From Squalus acanthias (taxonomy: Eukaryota), in assembly GCA_030390025.1 (NCBI GenBank), contig CM059432.1, positions 79,176,001 to 79,240,000 on the forward strand: a DNA stretch of 64,000 nt, written 5' to 3'. Below the pieces are notes generated by a model. That model worked only from the letters and a program-made list of their open reading frames with translations. It was not told the origin of the DNA and searched no databases. The position numbers and the translations under genes are program-made. This document shows, piece by piece, positions 60,310 through 64,000 of the stretch (the first letter of the stretch is position 1; each line of letters begins with the position of its first letter).

Positions 60310-63300
60310 GCTCTACTGGAAAGTAGGGAGAAGGGGAGCAATTTGCTTGCTTGCTCTCTGTATTGGGGAGAGAGAGAGAGAAGGAGAAGAGAGAGAACTA
60401 CAACAACTGGAAGAAACTAGCATCTACTTGGAAGGAGGGAGACTACTACCAACTAAAGATCAACACAAGATGGGGTGCACTTTCTCCTCAAAACTATTAC
60501 CTGCGGGTGGGGGGAGGAAATAAGATAAAGGCTGAAGATCGTGAGGGGTGTGTCTTTCAAAATCAACTAGGCCGCACACTTCTAAGCCGCTCCCACGCCC
60601 CCACCCCCCCATTGCCTGGCCTGGGACAGCTGGAGCTGCCTGGGTGAAGGTTTTTCTTTCTATTCCCATTAACAAGACTTAGTGGAGTTCCAGCTGTCTT
60701 GAGTCGACATCTCCTCCCCCTACCAGAAAGATCCTAAAGACTTGTATTTAACATCTAGGAAGTGCACCCCTGCAACACACCACCCACCCATCGAGCCCCG
60801 TTTTTGGGTGGTGACCCCACCTCTCTCACTCTTGAGAGGCAACCTCTCCCTTTGTTGCTGTTATTGTGTTCTTTATCTTTTTTGAGCAGGGGGAGAAGGA
60901 AGGTGCCTCTTCCATCCTGACATCACAGGGGGAGGTGGGTTTTTCCTTTTTTCGAAAACCCCTCTTTGAAAGAAAGGCCATATTAATCTAAGGCCTAAAA
61001 CTAGGGGTAAGTGTAGACATTAACAGCAAAGGCGACTCCATTTTCACTGGTGATAGGCAAGCAAGGACATAAGCGGGCAAGGCAATTACAGCCCCTGTCA
61101 CCTTTCACACTTCCCACCAAAAAAATTGGGGTAAAGAGCTGCACTCATCCCAACATGACCATCAAGACATACGTCAAATCTGTGGCTGGGTTGTTGGCCC
61201 TTCAGCCATCGTTGCCACAACTCAAATGTAGGGGAAGGCTGTGTTCTTCCTGAAGTCTGAGCGGGCGTTGTTCCTAGCCCTTAATAAGGGGCTCACGGTG
61301 GGTGGGACCTTCCTGCCGGTGCATGTTTTCAAGGCCACCGCGCAGCGAATAATTTTATCAAATGTCCTGCCCTTTATCCCCAGTGAGCTCCTCCTTCCCC
61401 ACCTACGTCAACTGGGGGAGGTGAGGTCGGGGATAGCGCCGATCCAGCTCGGCGTCAGGGAGGCCAGCCTCCGTCATGTCTTTTCTTTCCGGCCACCAGC
61501 CAGCTTTACGTTCAGCTGGCGAGGGAGGAGGACACAGAGGGTGGATTCATAGTTAACCATCAGGGGACTCCCTACCGCGTCTTCTAGACGTCGGACGATG
61601 TGCAGTGCCATGCCTGTGAGGAAGTGGGTCATGTACGTAAAAACTGCCCCACCTCCAAGGCCGGCAAAACAGCTAAGGTGGCCAAGGCTGGCACCGCCAC
61701 TGCAACCACCCGCCCCCCCCCCCCCCCTCACTTGCGCCAGTAGCACTAAATGCACGGTCGACATCGGAGGCCAGTGTCATCGCGGCCTCCGGTGGGGAGG
61801 GAGAGAGCATCCTCGTGGAAGGAAGGCGCAGAGGAAGTCTAAACCCCTCAGGCCAAGTCCCCTGGAGAGCGCATACAGTCTTATACCCGCGCTCATTCGG
61901 GATCATGATCCCATGCCTAAGCCCATGATCATGCCCGCTATGGCAGAAAACTTACATCCCGATGTCGGGCTCAGGATCGGGAACCAGAAACAGGAGGAGG
62001 ATGTGGAGGTGGAGGCCTCTGCCGACGTGGAGGTCTCCCTCCTTCTGCACCCCTCCGGGAGGAAGAGACGAAGGAGTATCCATGTCCCTCCGTGGAAGAG
62101 GAGATGATGCCCGTCGCGGGTCCTGCGGGACCCCCCCCCCCCCCCCCCCCCAGCCACCACGCACAGTCGGCGGGAGTTACCCGTCCCTTGGGAGGGTGAG
62201 ACAGATCCGTCTGTCCAGCCTGTGCCTCCTGGGGGTGGGAAGGAAGCCCTACCCATGGGGGGCGCTGCAGATCTGGAGCATCCTGGAGACTAGGGCGGGC
62301 AAGGCCGATGATGCTGAGCTCGGCCAGCCACACTCTGACATCTCCCGGGAGTTGCTCGACCTGGTCGACGATTTTAACAGAAACCCCCTGCCCGCTGGGT
62401 TGGTGGGTGGCGGCGGGGAAGGGGAAGCCCCCTTCTCCATCTCTCTCTTTTGTGCCAAGTGTGTTGGAGGAACTTTGGATGGTTTTTCCCTGGTTTCGCC
62501 ATACAGCCCGGTGTCTGAGGCGGAGGGGGGCCCAAACTGCTGCAGCTCTCCGACCTGAGCCCAGGGAAGACTCCTCTGCCCTCAATCCTGGGGGTGGGAT
62601 CGTGACAGAGGTGGGACCGGCTGGTGCGGCCGAGGCGTGCAGTGCACGGGTCGGTCGTTAGCAGCAACCTCCTGGAGGAGGATGGCGACTCGGTGGAGGG
62701 CACTGGGGACGATTTGGAGTCTTATCACCAGTGAAGCAGTGGATGCCCTTGTGCCCCCTACTGAGTCTCCCCTCATCCCCTTTGAGAAGCTCCAGGAATT
62801 TCTGGTTGGTTGCCTGGGTCGTCGCAATAAAGTCCAGCTGCTCCATCTTTCTGTTCGCCTGGGGGACGTGCTGCTCCACCTAGTGAACATGTATGCTCCC
62901 CAGACCGGTGCGCAATAAGTTTGCAGAAGTGTCCGCTATTTTATGCTCCATCAACACCAGCAAGTGCATTATCCTCGGGGTGGGTGGGGGGCGGAGGGAT
63001 TTCAACTGCACTTCGAGGCAAGGGACTGCTCTGGCGATGGGGAACTTCAGGGTCCTTCAACTTGGTGGACGTCTGGCGAAATCTCCATCCCGACTCCAGC
63101 ACCTTCACTCCCGTGAGGTTTGGAGGAGGAAGGTCCAGAAACGACTGCCTTTACATTTCCCAGACGTACGTCTCCTGCATTCTGGCGGCTTCCATGCAGC
63201 CAGTGCCTGGTATGAGCTCACTCCACAGCTCGCACGGGTAGAGTCCGCGTACTGGCATTTTAACAACCTGCTGCTGGAGGGCAAGTGGTTCCGGGATTCG

Positions 63301-64000
63301 TTCCGTCGATTCTGGACCGACTGGAGAAGGAAGCAGAGGGGCTTCCCCTCCTTGAGGCAATGGTGGGACGTGGGCAAGGCTCACGTCCATCTCTTCTGTC
63401 AGGGGTATACAAGGGGGCCGACCAAGAGACGGAAGGCCTGGGTCGGGCGGTTGGAGAAGGAGGTGTTCGACCTGGAGACTCGTCTCAAGCAAGTCGTCGA
63501 AGACCCGACCCTGCGGAAGGTGTACGAAGAGAAGATGGGTGAAGGAACTGCAGCTCGTCTGGTCCCGAGGCGGGTACGTGAGGTTGCGGATCCAGTTCCT
63601 CCAGGACCTGGATCACGGCTCCCGCTTCTACTTGCTGGACAAAAGGCAGGGGGTCCGTAAACAGTTCTTGGGGCTGCTGGCTGACGACCGATCCCTGGTC
63701 TCTGATCCAGAGGGCATCAGTGCCAAGGCCCGGGCCTATTACGGGGCTCTGTTCTCTCTGGATCCGTCCAGCGAGGATGCTCGCAGAGTTTTGTGGGAGA
63801 ACCTGCTGAAGGTCAGCCCGGAAAGCTCCGAACAGCTTGATGCTCCGCTAAGCCTAGCGGAGCTGAACAGTGCCATCGACCAGCTCTCTAGGGGCACGTC
63901 CCCGGGGCTGGATGGGCTGACTGTGAAGTTCCACAGGGCGTTCTGGGACGTTCTGGGGGAAAGTCTGGTGACCGGGGAGATGCCCCTTTCTTGGGGCAGG
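60310..64000 (+). mobile_element. Decayed Tx1-clade non-LTR retrotransposon (ORF1 with zinc knuckle; internally deleted ORF2), running off the window end
   Basis: ORF1 AVFFLKSE..QRIILSNVLPFIPSELL..LRHVFSFR and CHACEEVGHVRKNC (CX2CX4HX4C). ORF2 VNMYAP, DFNC, DVWR, YWHFNNLLL, QWWDVGK, SPGLDGL. The 5' boundary is uncertain. Confidence 0.88.

Noticed and set aside
61598..62918. Many overlapping Pro/Gly-rich ORFs on both strands
   Set aside because: GC-rich, frameshifted Tx1 ORF1 sequence rather than host genes

Overview
Eukaryotic, repeat-rich vertebrate DNA. The mix of CR1, L2, Penelope, Harbinger and Deu-SINE repeats suggests a cartilaginous fish; this is inference. The only host gene I can support is SGK3 (PX-domain serum/glucocorticoid-regulated kinase 3) on the + strand. 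Twelve GT-AG coding exons (33828-58997) splice into an uninterrupted 960-nt / 320-codon frame, from [11 protein letters not shown] through the PX domain to the activation loop TFCGTPE; the remaining exons lie beyond the window. The rest is probably intronic (upstream of 33699, intron versus intergenic cannot be decided) and is dominated by mobile elements. These include several CR1 LINEs (one near full length with zinc-finger/esterase ORF1, two nested antisense in older CR1s), Penelope-like elements carrying minimal hammerhead ribozyme motifs, Harbinger-derived TIR elements (two with a Myb/SANT exon), L2 and SINE remnants, a decayed Tx1-type element and two minisatellites. The best leads are: covarying hammerhead motifs; an inverted Harbinger pair bracketing an in-frame 561-nt exon block (candidate circRNA with no stop codon); a CpG-island/first-exon-like segment inside the kinase gene; and uORFs. 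I found no clearly new biological system; these leads are hypotheses. Repeat boundaries were read by eye and are approximate unless TIR/TSD evidence is quoted.
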